From: a virus
Lineage: Duplodnaviria > Caudoviricetes
Reading direction: 5' to 3' (one strand)
DNA length: 34,258 nt
IMG/VR virus record: IMGVR_UViG_3300025684_000038
Coordinates: 1 to 34,258 of that record
Position 1 is the stretch's first letter. Every line of letters begins with the position of its first letter. The notes beneath the pieces were generated by a model, which saw nothing but the letters and a program-made list of their open reading frames with translations, made no database searches and had not been told where the DNA came from. A program made the translations under genes and the position numbers. Below, in pieces: positions 17,430 through 27,770 of the stretch.

Positions 17430-20400
17430 ATGGCTATAGGTCGCATATCGGGTCCGCTCTTAAAGCAGAACTTACTTCGTGAGGGAGTAAATTTAGCTTT
17501 TGAGAACGACCTTTTATACTTAGATGTAAACAACAGCCGTGTTGGAATAAACACAAATTCGCCCCAATACGATTTAGACGTAAACGGAACTACAAGATCA
17601 ACTAGTGCAGAAATTGCAAATCAAGCTGATATTGGTGGTCTAAGAATCTTAAATAATACTATCGTTTCTACTAATGGCGATCCAATTGTATTAGGTACAG
17701 CAGACAATGTTGTATATCAAACAAATTTACTTGTTGATGCTTTTAGAATCCAAGATAATGTAATATCAACTACTATATCAAATGAAAATATTGAATTAAA
17801 TCCTAACGGAACTGGTAGTGTAGAAATATTTGGTAATACAAATGTTTATGGTAATATTGTTGCTACAGGATCAATTACCGCAGATGGTGATATTACTATC
17901 GGCGATGCTAACACAGACGAAGTTATTTTTAATGCAGAAGTTGCTTCAAATATTATACCTGATATAGATAGTACATATTCATTAGGAAGCGATCCTGCTA
18001 CAGGCGGCAAAGAGTGGGCCGATGTTTGGGTTAATAATTTTTATGCAAGTAATATTACAACTTCAAGTCTTACAGTAGCAGGAGTTGACCTAGCACTACG
18101 TCAAGGTAATATTTACTATGTTGCAGAAAATGGAGATGATACATACAGTGGAGATCATCCTAACGATCCGTACGGTACAGTTGCTAAAGCACTAAGTGTT
18201 GCAACTGCTGGAGACACTGTACACATTTATCCAGGAACCTTTGAAGAAGTATTTCCTTTAACAATTCCGGTAGGAGTTACAGTAAAAGGACATAGTATAC
18301 GTAGTGTTAAAATTGTGCCTACAGCTGAAACAAATACTAATACTGCATTTTTACTCAATGGTGAAACAACGGTTGAAGATATAACAATCGCAGACTTTTT
18401 TGCTCCAGGCTATGCATTTAAGTTTGCTAACAATTTTACAGTAACTACACGTTCACCTTATTTGAGAAATATAAGTGTTCTTACAAAAGGTAGTGTAACA
18501 ACTGCAAGCGATCCAAGAGGGTTTGACCAAGGCGATGCAGGCGGCGGAGCATATTTAGACGGTAGTTTAGCAAATATATCTTCAAGAGAAGCATCTTGTT
18601 TATTCCATAGTGTAACATTTATTACACCGGGTGTAGATGCAATTAGTATTACTAACGGAGTTAGAGTAGAATGGCTTAACAGTTTTACCTATTTTGCTAA
18701 CAAGGGTTTGTACGCATTTGATAGTGCATCTGGATTAAAGGGTGCTGGCAAAACTGCTATTAGAGTTAGTGGTGTAACTGGCACTATACAAGCAGGACAA
18801 ACTTTTACATATTATGATACAGACGGTATTACTGTATTAGCAACTGGAGCAGTTGACAGTGTAGATACTGACGGTAAATTTTATATTACCGGAAATTTAA
18901 CTGGTTTAACAGAAGCACAAGATCGTGCCGGTAAAGAAGTTACTAGATATAATAATCCAGTAACAGATACAGCAATTAAAAAATTCGGATCTAGTAGTTT
19001 ACAATTAGACGGTGTAGAAGATTATATTGGAATTGCGTCAAACGACGACTTTGGATTTGGCACTAGTGACTATACTGTTGAAGGTTGGTTCTATCCAACA
19101 ACCGCAGGCAACAGTCGTTGCATTATAGATTTTAGAGCAGGCGCCGGAACAGATAATGCTGTATTTGTTGGTATCAATATTAATAATAAGCCTTATTTCT
19201 TAGTTAATAATGTAGCTGAAATAGTTGCTACAACTTCGGTAACACAAAATGCATGGAATCACATAGCACTTGTTAAAAATAGCGGAACAACAACACTTTA
19301 TTTAAACGGTGTTAGTCAAGGCACTTATGCAGACGCAGTTGATTACGGAGTTGCTAAACCTTTAATTATTGGTAATACATTTGCAGCAACAGCAGCGTTT
19401 GCTGGTTATATAGATGAATTTAGAGTTACAAAAGGACTAGCTCGTTATACAGCTAATTTTGGTGTACCGGGAGGCGAGTTCGTCAGTGATGCAAACACTG
19501 TACTGCTATTACACTTTAATAATGCCGGCGATAGTAGTATTACTATTATTGACGACACATTAGAATCACAAGATTTAAGATTTGTCGGACTAGGTGGCGC
19601 AACAGCAGATTTTGTTGATCTTAAAGATACTACAGACTTCGGCGGCGAAATACGCTCAATTGCAAGTGCATGTGTATATGGTAATTACGGAGCCTTTGGC
19701 GACGGCAATGGTGTATTGATGTATCTTATTGCACAAAACTTTGCATATATTGGTACTGGAAAAGATGAAGATAACGATCAAACAGATGTTATACAAGCAA
19801 ACGAAGCTGTTGAATTAAACAATGCAAAAGTAAGATATAGTAGTGTAGACCACAAAGGTGACTTTAGAGTTGGCGACTTATTTTATGTTAATCAAGAAAA
19901 CGGCACTGTTGATTTTACAAGTACTAAATTAGCTATCGACACAACTGATGGTATTACAATTACTACAGCCGGAAGTACTACAACAATTACTGGTGAAAGA
20001 ATAGATACCGGTAATTTAAGAATTAGTGGCAATACAATTGAAAGTCTAAGCGGAGATGTTAATCTAAGTGCAGATAGCGGTGTTGTTAAAATTACATCAA
20101 CTGGTTCTTTACAATTACCAAAAGGCAACACTGCAAGTCGTCCAACACCAGCAACTGGTATGATTCGTTATAACACTGATACTAATTTGTATGAAGGCTA
20201 CGACGGCAACTGGATTGCATTAAATGGTGTTTACGATTTAGATTTAGATAGTAAAATTACAGCAGAATTAACCCCCGGAGCAAATGACGGTGTAATTAGA
20301 TATTACGTCAACGGCGAACTTATTGCCTCAATGGATGATGTAAAACTAGAAACTCCTGTAATTGAAGTAGATGATATTAGCATCAACGGAAATGTAATTG

Positions 20401-20771
20401 AAACAATTACAACTAATACAGACTTAACTTTAAGTGCAAATGGAACTGGTAGAGTTGTTTTTGACGAAATTGCTATTAAGGATAGCAGTATAATAAATAC
20501 TACTAGCAATGGCGTCTTATACTTCCAGCAGTCAGGTTCAGGCTACTTTAAGATTGAAGGCACAGGTGGTTTTGTTGTACCTGTAGGTACTAATGCAGAA
20601 CGTCCTGTTCCGGCATATCGAGAAACTGGAATGACTCGCTTTAATAGTGAACAAGGTTATTTAGAACTTTGGGATGGATTACAGTGGGTGTCAGTCGCAG
20701 GCGCAACAGGTTCAATTACGTTCAACCAAGCAGAAAGTTTAGCAGTTGAATACGTACTAACACTAGGATAA
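17430..20771 (+). CDS. Large fibre/appendage protein, paralog 2, with an inserted LamG/concanavalin-A-like domain
   Basis: Same core as 14798..17293 plus an insert with KFGSSSLQLDG, DYTVEGWF, WNHIALVK...LYLNG and GYIDEFRVTKG.ARY. Confidence 0.8.
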   Translation: MAIGRISGPLLKQNLLREGVNLAFENDLLYLDVNNSRVGINTNSPQYDLDVNGTTRSTSAEIANQADIGGLRILNNTIVSTNGDPIVLGTADNVVYQTNLLVDAFRIQDNVISTTISNENIELNPNGTGSVEIFGNTNVYGNIVATGSITADGDITIGDANTDEVIFNAEVASNIIPDIDSTYSLGSDPATGGKEWADVWVNNFYASNITTSSLTVAGVDLALRQGNIYYVAENGDDTYSGDHPNDPYGTVAKALSVATAGDTVHIYPGTFEEVFPLTIPVGVTVKGHSIRSVKIVPTAETNTNTAFLLNGETTVEDITIADFFAPGYAFKFANNFTVTTRSPYLRNISVLTKGSVTTASDPRGFDQGDAGGGAYLDGSLANISSREASCLFHSVTFITPGVDAISITNGVRVEWLNSFTYFANKGLYAFDSASGLKGAGKTAIRVSGVTGTIQAGQTFTYYDTDGITVLATGAVDSVDTDGKFYITGNLTGLTEAQDRAGKEVTRYNNPVTDTAIKKFGSSSLQLDGVEDYIGIASNDDFGFGTSDYTVEGWFYPTTAGNSRCIIDFRAGAGTDNAVFVGININNKPYFLVNNVAEIVATTSVTQNAWNHIALVKNSGTTTLYLNGVSQGTYADAVDYGVAKPLIIGNTFAATAAFAGYIDEFRVTKGLARYTANFGVPGGEFVSDANTVLLLHFNNAGDSSITIIDDTLESQDLRFVGLGGATADFVDLKDTTDFGGEIRSIASACVYGNYGAFGDGNGVLMYLIAQNFAYIGTGKDEDNDQTDVIQANEAVELNNAKVRYSSVDHKGDFRVGDLFYVNQENGTVDFTSTKLAIDTTDGITITTAGSTTTITGERIDTGNLRISGNTIESLSGDVNLSADSGVVKITSTGSLQLPKGNTASRPTPATGMIRYNTDTNLYEGYDGNWIALNGVYDLDLDSKITAELTPGANDGVIRYYVNGELIASMDDVKLETPVIEVDDISINGNVIETITTNTDLTLSANGTGRVVFDEIAIKDSSIINTTSNGVLYFQQSGSGYFKIEGTGGFVVPVGTNAERPVPAYRETGMTRFNSEQGYLELWDGLQWVSVAGATGSITFNQAESLAVEYVLTLG

Positions 20772-20774
20772 AAG

Positions 20775-21104
20775 ATGGCAACGGTATTTTTAAACAAAGT
20801 TATAAAAGAAGTAGGAACTACACCAATACTAGCAATTGAAACAACTGCTGGTACAAGAAGTACTATTGTAGGAATGAGTTTTGCTAATCTAACAGATAAT
20901 ACAATTTTTGCTAGTGTGCTTGTACATGACGATACTAGTGTTGAAGGATATTGGTTAAAGGACGTACAAATACCTCCCAACACAAGTTTACGTGCATTAA
21001 GTGCAGGTGAAAAATTAATTTTAGCGCCAAGTAACCAGTTGTTTCTAGTATGTGATACAACAGAAGGATTTGACGCAGTAATCAGCTACGTTGATATTGT
21101 TTAA
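20775..21104 (+). CDS. Small beta-rich virion protein, paralog B
   Basis: IVGMSFAN...QIPPNTSL...EKLIL...VISYVD, similar to 13886..14221. Confidence 0.7.
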   Translation: MATVFLNKVIKEVGTTPILAIETTAGTRSTIVGMSFANLTDNTIFASVLVHDDTSVEGYWLKDVQIPPNTSLRALSAGEKLILAPSNQLFLVCDTTEGFDAVISYVDIV

Positions 21105-21113
21105 GGAATAAAG

Positions 21114-21497
21114 ATGTCTACAAATTACACAGGACAAACACCAGGAGAAATAGTTCAAAGTTTTGGAACACGTTACCTCTATGGACTTAAGAGGACTGAT
21201 CAAGGCGACTTATGGTTAGGTAAATTAGATCAAATGTCTCCAGATTCAAGTTTGCAAGTAAATATTCCAGGTGATCCTGAAGATAATTTTGACAATTTAC
21301 AAGAAGGACAAAACTTCTTTGAAGGCAGAGATAATACTCATAAAAAAGTTTATGAAAATCTAAATTATGAGCAATTTAAATGGGATAATAGAAATATTGT
21401 ATACTATATTGACGAAGAAGGACAATTAGTAGCAAGAATAAATCGCAATTATACACATGACCCCTTATCGCAAAGCGATACTAACGAAGATTATTAA
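21114..21497 (+). CDS. Hypothetical protein in the fibre operon
   Basis: 127-aa ORF with SD AAGGA, tightly packed between its neighbours. Confidence 0.7.
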   Translation: MSTNYTGQTPGEIVQSFGTRYLYGLKRTDQGDLWLGKLDQMSPDSSLQVNIPGDPEDNFDNLQEGQNFFEGRDNTHKKVYENLNYEQFKWDNRNIVYYIDEEGQLVARINRNYTHDPLSQSDTNEDY

Positions 21498-21508
21498 AGA
21501 GAGCACAG

Positions 21509-24500
21509 ATGGCAGATTTTAAATTAGACAGAATAAAATTTAGATGGGCAGGCGATTGGCAAACTACAAAAGCCTATACCAAAGACGATGTTGTCCGTTA
21601 TCAGGGCAAAGCGTATGTTGCTCTTGAAAATCATACTAGTACTAATAATTTTTATGATAGTAGAGATACAACAGCAAACGTAATTGTTGCAGTTACAGTT
21701 GGTGCAAGCTCAATTAAAACAGGTCAAAATGTTTTTAAATTCGGCGGAGTTGAAAATCCTGTTTTAGTAATGAACAAAGGTCGAAAGTATATATTTGATC
21801 AATCAGACTCTTCTAACTTAAAATTTGGCGGCGCAATAGAAACCGATGAAGATACTGGGGAAGATGTACAAGTAGACAATCCGCATTATTTACAATTTAG
21901 TGGATCTAACGATGGACTGCACAACGGCGGCGATGTATGGACTGACGGTACTATAGTTTATAAATTAGATAATACTATAGTTACTCGCGCAGAATATAAA
22001 TCAGGATTTTCAACAGCAACTGATAGATCAATCGAAGTTACTATTCCAACTACTGGACCAAACAAGCTGTATTATTATTGCGAAACCCATACAGGAATGG
22101 GCAACAAATTTGATACTCGCTATTCCGGTATGTGGGAACTTATGTTCGATGGCTATACTTGGATGGGTGATTGGAAAATTTCAACATTCTATTCTGAAGG
22201 CGATATAGTAAAATACAAAGGTTATATCTATCAATGTATTACTAGTCATACATCTGTTGCTGTTGCAGCGTTGGGACTTCCTAATAGTATTGACAATTGG
22301 ATATTGTATCAAACTACATATAACTGGCTAAACACATGGCAACCTAATACATATTATGATTTAGGTGATGTTATTAGAGAAAATGGTATTGTATATATCT
22401 GTAATTTAAAACATCAATCAGCTGCAACGGATACGCTTGGACTTGCAGATGATGGTGAAAAATGGACATTTATTACACGTTCAGATAATTGGAGAGGTGA
22501 TTGGTCAGTATCGACAATTTATAGATTAGATGATATTGTTAGATATGGCGGAGCATTATATAGAGCAAATGTTCATCACACGTCTGCTGATACTATTGAT
22601 CTTGGCTTAGAAGATGATACTGATAAATGGTCTCCGGTACACAACGGCGTCTCTTATTTGGGAGACTGGACTACTGAAACACGATATAAAATCTATGATG
22701 TTGTAAAATACGGAGCAACATTATGGAAATGTACCTCAGCACACACATCAGGTACTGACTTAGGAACAGATGAAGCAAACTGGGAAGTGTATGTTCCTGG
22801 ATACGAATACGAAAATCTTTGGTCTTCTGATAATGTTTATCAGAAGGGAGATGTTGTAAAATATGGCGGATATACATATACTGCACTAACAAATAATACC
22901 GGAAGTATTCCTAGTGATAATATACTAGCACAAGACACCGGCGACTGGGAAGTAACTGTTACAGGATTTAAACATCTTGGGGATTGGACTATTGCAACTG
23001 ATTATCGACCAGGTGATGTAATACGTGCTAACGGTTACTTATATCTTGCATTAAAAGATAGCACAGGAATATTTCCTGATCAACAGCTTACACTAAAAGA
23101 TGCAATTAGTGGAAAAACACAATATGCAAGTGTGATACAATCAATTGCAGATAGTGATGCGCCAGCTACAGACTTACATAGTTTTTGGGCTAGTACTAAT
23201 CCAGAAACAGGGTTTGCATATGCTGATTTAAACCGCAATGGACAAGTTGACGAAGATGATGTTAATCTTGCTGAAGGTGACGGTTCTACCGGATACAATG
23301 CACCACTAGCGTATATTATTCAATTAGCACAAGATGCTTATCGTGCAGGCACAATTACAACTTATCCTAATGATGTTGATAACGATAATTCTGTATTACA
23401 AGGATCAGCAGGAAATGAACACTGGCAACTACTTGTTGACGAAACATATTATAGAGCAGAATGGGAAGATGATCAAGAATATTTCTTAGGTGACATTGCA
23501 CTATATGCGGGCACTTTATATCGTTGTATGGAACGTCACTATAGTTCTAATAGTGAATCTAGACCAGATTTAGATCAAAGTCAAGCACACAACACATACT
23601 GGGAAGTCTTTATACAAGGCACCCCAACAAACGTCCTTGTTTACCGCGGCGACATACAAATTTATGATGCTCCTGTTGGCAAAGAACGACTAGCTATCGG
23701 TAAACAAGGACAGCCACTAAAAGTTAACACTGGTTTACCGACTTGGGAAAATTATGCAGTTGTTACAAACGTATTTTATGTTAGTACTGAAGGAACCGAT
23801 GTTCCTACAGCTGGAATTCAAGAGTCAGGTCCATTTAGAACTATTAAATATGCAACAGATTATATTACACAAAATCTTGCTATAAAAGAATTTAATAATT
23901 TAAATTATGATCTTTCATCAGGTTCGACTGATATTTCTATGTTATCAGCTGCATTAACAAACATAGCAGACAATAGTCTAGACGCTTTAAATTTAAAATT
24001 ATTTTTGGAATCTACTAACGCAAGAACAGGAGTTGCATACGGAGATTTAAATGCATCAGGCAGTATTACTGCTGACGATTCTGTCATTGCTAGAAATGCA
24101 GCTAACAGATCACCTCAGGTTACCGATGATCAAATGCTTGCATATAGAGAAATTATTTCATATATTAATAGCAACCCTGCAGAATTTGCAAACGAAACTG
24201 TAACATACAACGATGATGGCACTAATATTGTAATGCCAGTTACTATTAGCACATATCCAAATACTACCATCTTTGTTAAAACTGGTTTTTATGAAGAGCA
24301 GACACCAATTAAGATACCTCGTAATTGTGTAATTTGCGGTGACGAACTTAGAAGTACAAATATTCAACCTGCACCAGGATATGAAGCTGAAAACATGTTT
24401 TATGTAAACAACGGCAGCGGAATTAGAAACTGTACATTACAAGGACTATACGGTGTATTAGGTGCTCAAAACCAATACTTAACTAAACGTCCAAGTGCTG

Positions 24501-27500
24501 GTGCGTTTGTGAGCTTAGATCCAGGAACTGGACCAGACGACCAAACAGTATGGATTACTAATAAATCACCTTATATTCAAAATGTAACAACATTTGGTAC
24601 TGGGTGTATTGGTATGAAGGTTGATGGAGCATTACACAACGGCGGTAATGATTCGATTGTTGCAAACGACTTTACACAGATTATCAGCGATGGTATTGGT
24701 TACTGGGCAGACAATGTAGGACGATCAGAACTAGTATCTGTGTTTACATATTATTGTCATATTGGATATTTGTGTACAAATGGTGGTATTTTACGTGCTA
24801 CTAACGGTAACAACTCGTATGGTACATATGGATCAGTTGCAGAAGGATTCGATCTTAACGAAACGCCCATTGCTGCAACAATTAATAATAGAAACAACGA
24901 AGCTAAAATAGATCAAGCATTTACCTACGGAACAATTAAACAAGAAATTTTTGCTGTCGGGTACAGTCATGCGGGACAAGATTATACTAATGCAAATATT
25001 ACTTTTGGTGGCTCAGGCGAATTGGGCAAAGCAGAATTCTCTGCAACAGAAATAAGAGATGGCGCAGTAAGTAATGTTCGTGTTAAAGCCCGAGGTGATA
25101 GTAGTATTCCTGGAGGATTAAACTACACCTTTATTGTTAACAATTCTCAAGGCGGCGACACTGGGCAAATAGTATTGTCGGCAGCTGATATCGGAACTCC
25201 TGAACTATATGTAGGTCAACGTATTACTATTGTATCTGGTTTAGGTGTAGGTCAGTATGCACAGATTACAGCATTTGATGAAGTAACAAAAATAGTAACA
25301 GTAAGTAAAGAGAGCGATGGATCTTTAGGCTGGGATCACTTCCAGCCAGGATGGCCTATTGAAGTGTTGTTAGATGAAACAACTCAGTATGCTATTGAAC
25401 CAAGAGTTACATTCGAAGAACCTACTTTTAGTGCTTCGCCTGTTACAGCACCATCTTCGACAAGTTGGAAGCACATAATATGGGGCAATAACGAATTTGT
25501 TGCTATGTCAGAAACCGGTGCAGTTGCAACTAGTACCGACGGAGAATCTTGGTCAGCAGCAACGGGAATTGCAGATACAGTAGAAATTATTGGACTTGTA
25601 TGGAACGGAACAAAGTACTATGCGGCCACTGCTTCTAAAGATGGATTGTCTACCGATGTAGCATATGAAAGTGCCGACGGGCAAACTTGGTCAAGCGTAG
25701 TAGTATCTACCAGTGCAGAAAATTGGAAGAGTATATCAACTGTTAACGGATATGTCACTATTATTGCAGAAAATGGCAGCACTGTATGGTTTGATGGCGA
25801 TAGTAGTTGGGCAAATACTACAATAGGCGATGCAGGTTTTGCAAATGGTTGGACAATAGTTAGATCGCTAGATAATAAATATTGGATTAATTGGCATCAA
25901 ATGAAAATTAGTTTTGATGAAGCAGCTGCCGGAACAAACACTGGCGAACAACATCAATTCTGGCTAGATGTGCCGTTTAATGAAACTTTTGCAGTTGGCG
26001 ATATTGATAACGATGCTGACGTAGATGCAGACGATGTTAGTATAATGCATAGATATCTTAGCGCCGGCGGCGCCGCAGTTACCACAGCACAAGCAGCTCG
26101 AATAGACAAAATCATAAAGAAAGCAGTAGAGCGTCAAATTAGAACTGGTGATTTACCTGCAAATTGGTTTGTGACTGGTATATTTCTTGCAGTTAATAGA
26201 AATGAAGGACATGTTGCTTGGAGTGCAACAGGAGAATTTTGGCACACATTAGACGGCACCAATGTTACTCCGGCAGTTGTATCACCTCGTAGAGCTCCTG
26301 CATTTGAATGTTCTGATGGTGCATACGGCAACAACAGACTTGTATTAATTGGTAAAGAAGTTGACGACAGTGCATTTGGATATATTCCAACACCATATAC
26401 ATTTGATGGCGAAACATGGGCAACAGGTTATATTGAATTTGGTGATATAACTCGCATTAGTTATGGCGCTGGTGTGTTTATCGGAACAGGAACAAGTACA
26501 TTCGTTGCTAAATCACAAAGTGGAGCAACGTGGAGAACATATGGTGACGATAGTGCTAATTATTCTACAACAGACTTAGGTTTCTGGGAAGCAAGTGCAT
26601 ATAGAGCCGGCAAATGGGTAGTTGTACAAAATGGGTCATCAACTTGGAATAAATTAGTAACTGGAGCAAGGCCAATTGTAAGAGCAAAAGTTGAAGCAAG
26701 TAGACTTACAGGGTTAACAATTTATGATCCTGGATCAAATTATACTACAACACCTACAGTATCAATTTATGATAATGTAGCAACAATTTCTACATTACTA
26801 GATGTTAAGTTAAATGACGGTGTGCTTGCACAGCCTAATTATTTGTATAGAGGCGAAGGATATGTGCAGTTTACTGGAACCATTACAGGATCAGGTTTTG
26901 CAGAAATTTATCAAACTGGTAAAAATTTAGTAGTACAAAATGTTTCAAAAATCCCCGGACCGGGCGCAAACTTAGAAATTGACGGAATTGATGAAGTTAG
27001 ATATAGTGTTTCTAAAGTTGTATCATTTACAGGAACACCTGGATCTTATTCAGCAGTTTTTGAAATTACCCCAACACTTGATGTTGAAGAGTCACCTGAT
27101 CATAATACTGGAATTGTTATTCGAGAAAGATACAGTCAAGTACGCCTAACAGGACACGATTTCCTAGACATCGGTACTGGTAATTTCGGCGACACACGCT
27201 ATCCTGTATTATATCTTGAAGGTGTTGATGCAGTAAATGAACGACAACCATTTAATGAAACAGTTGCAAGTGGCGGCGGACGAGTATTCTATACTAGTAC
27301 AGACCAAGATGGTAACTTTAGAGTTGGCGAACTTTTTGAAGTTGAACAAGCAACCGGTATTGTTACAATTAACGCAAGTCAGTTTAATTTAAGTGGACTA
27401 ACTGAACTATCGTTAGGCGGCATTCAAGTTGGAGGCAGTGCAGTTGTTATTCAAGAATTTAGTAAGGAAAGTACTTTCATTGCTAATTCAAATAATGTTG

Positions 27501-27721
27501 TGCCAACACAACGAGCTATTAGATCTTATATAGAAAGCAGAATTAGTGGCGGTGGCTCTAATGTACAAACAAATGCACTTGTTGCAGGACAAATAAGAAT
27601 ACAAACAAATAATATTGATACAACTAGTGGATTTGACGTTATAGTTCCTCCGGTTATGAATATCAAAGGAGGCGTTGACGGGCATTACTTAGCAAGTATG
27701 TTCTACGCCAAAGGAACGTAA
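21509..27721 (+). CDS. Giant virion appendage protein, paralog 3: eight CBM5/12-like repeats, beta-helix core, and cupredoxin-like, dockerin-like and Asp-box propeller inserts
   Basis: Eight W.....Y...D.V.Y.G..Y repeats; YYYCETHTGMG; three Dx[DN]x[DNS]xx[VI]xxDD loops; S.DG..W boxes; core motifs GDELRST, NKSPYIQN and TSTDQDGNFRVG. Confidence 0.8.
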   Translation: MADFKLDRIKFRWAGDWQTTKAYTKDDVVRYQGKAYVALENHTSTNNFYDSRDTTANVIVAVTVGASSIKTGQNVFKFGGVENPVLVMNKGRKYIFDQSDSSNLKFGGAIETDEDTGEDVQVDNPHYLQFSGSNDGLHNGGDVWTDGTIVYKLDNTIVTRAEYKSGFSTATDRSIEVTIPTTGPNKLYYYCETHTGMGNKFDTRYSGMWELMFDGYTWMGDWKISTFYSEGDIVKYKGYIYQCITSHTSVAVAALGLPNSIDNWILYQTTYNWLNTWQPNTYYDLGDVIRENGIVYICNLKHQSAATDTLGLADDGEKWTFITRSDNWRGDWSVSTIYRLDDIVRYGGALYRANVHHTSADTIDLGLEDDTDKWSPVHNGVSYLGDWTTETRYKIYDVVKYGATLWKCTSAHTSGTDLGTDEANWEVYVPGYEYENLWSSDNVYQKGDVVKYGGYTYTALTNNTGSIPSDNILAQDTGDWEVTVTGFKHLGDWTIATDYRPGDVIRANGYLYLALKDSTGIFPDQQLTLKDAISGKTQYASVIQSIADSDAPATDLHSFWASTNPETGFAYADLNRNGQVDEDDVNLAEGDGSTGYNAPLAYIIQLAQDAYRAGTITTYPNDVDNDNSVLQGSAGNEHWQLLVDETYYRAEWEDDQEYFLGDIALYAGTLYRCMERHYSSNSESRPDLDQSQAHNTYWEVFIQGTPTNVLVYRGDIQIYDAPVGKERLAIGKQGQPLKVNTGLPTWENYAVVTNVFYVSTEGTDVPTAGIQESGPFRTIKYATDYITQNLAIKEFNNLNYDLSSGSTDISMLSAALTNIADNSLDALNLKLFLESTNARTGVAYGDLNASGSITADDSVIARNAANRSPQVTDDQMLAYREIISYINSNPAEFANETVTYNDDGTNIVMPVTISTYPNTTIFVKTGFYEEQTPIKIPRNCVICGDELRSTNIQPAPGYEAENMFYVNNGSGIRNCTLQGLYGVLGAQNQYLTKRPSAGAFVSLDPGTGPDDQTVWITNKSPYIQNVTTFGTGCIGMKVDGALHNGGNDSIVANDFTQIISDGIGYWADNVGRSELVSVFTYYCHIGYLCTNGGILRATNGNNSYGTYGSVAEGFDLNETPIAATINNRNNEAKIDQAFTYGTIKQEIFAVGYSHAGQDYTNANITFGGSGELGKAEFSATEIRDGAVSNVRVKARGDSSIPGGLNYTFIVNNSQGGDTGQIVLSAADIGTPELYVGQRITIVSGLGVGQYAQITAFDEVTKIVTVSKESDGSLGWDHFQPGWPIEVLLDETTQYAIEPRVTFEEPTFSASPVTAPSSTSWKHIIWGNNEFVAMSETGAVATSTDGESWSAATGIADTVEIIGLVWNGTKYYAATASKDGLSTDVAYESADGQTWSSVVVSTSAENWKSISTVNGYVTIIAENGSTVWFDGDSSWANTTIGDAGFANGWTIVRSLDNKYWINWHQMKISFDEAAAGTNTGEQHQFWLDVPFNETFAVGDIDNDADVDADDVSIMHRYLSAGGAAVTTAQAARIDKIIKKAVERQIRTGDLPANWFVTGIFLAVNRNEGHVAWSATGEFWHTLDGTNVTPAVVSPRRAPAFECSDGAYGNNRLVLIGKEVDDSAFGYIPTPYTFDGETWATGYIEFGDITRISYGAGVFIGTGTSTFVAKSQSGATWRTYGDDSANYSTTDLGFWEASAYRAGKWVVVQNGSSTWNKLVTGARPIVRAKVEASRLTGLTIYDPGSNYTTTPTVSIYDNVATISTLLDVKLNDGVLAQPNYLYRGEGYVQFTGTITGSGFAEIYQTGKNLVVQNVSKIPGPGANLEIDGIDEVRYSVSKVVSFTGTPGSYSAVFEITPTLDVEESPDHNTGIVIRERYSQVRLTGHDFLDIGTGNFGDTRYPVLYLEGVDAVNERQPFNETVASGGGRVFYTSTDQDGNFRVGELFEVEQATGIVTINASQFNLSGLTELSLGGIQVGGSAVVIQEFSKESTFIANSNNVVPTQRAIRSYIESRISGGGSNVQTNALVAGQIRIQTNNIDTTSGFDVIVPPVMNIKGGVDGHYLASMFYAKGT

Positions 27722-27735
27722 GCAATGACAAATAC

Positions 27736-27744
27736 GATAAATAC
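27736..27744 (+). promoter_or_regulatory. Late promoter box GATAAATAC
   Basis: Matches the consensus, about 27 nt before the ATG at 27771; SD GGAG. Confidence 0.8.
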
Positions 27745-27770
27745 TTACAACATAGGATTCGGAGCAATAA

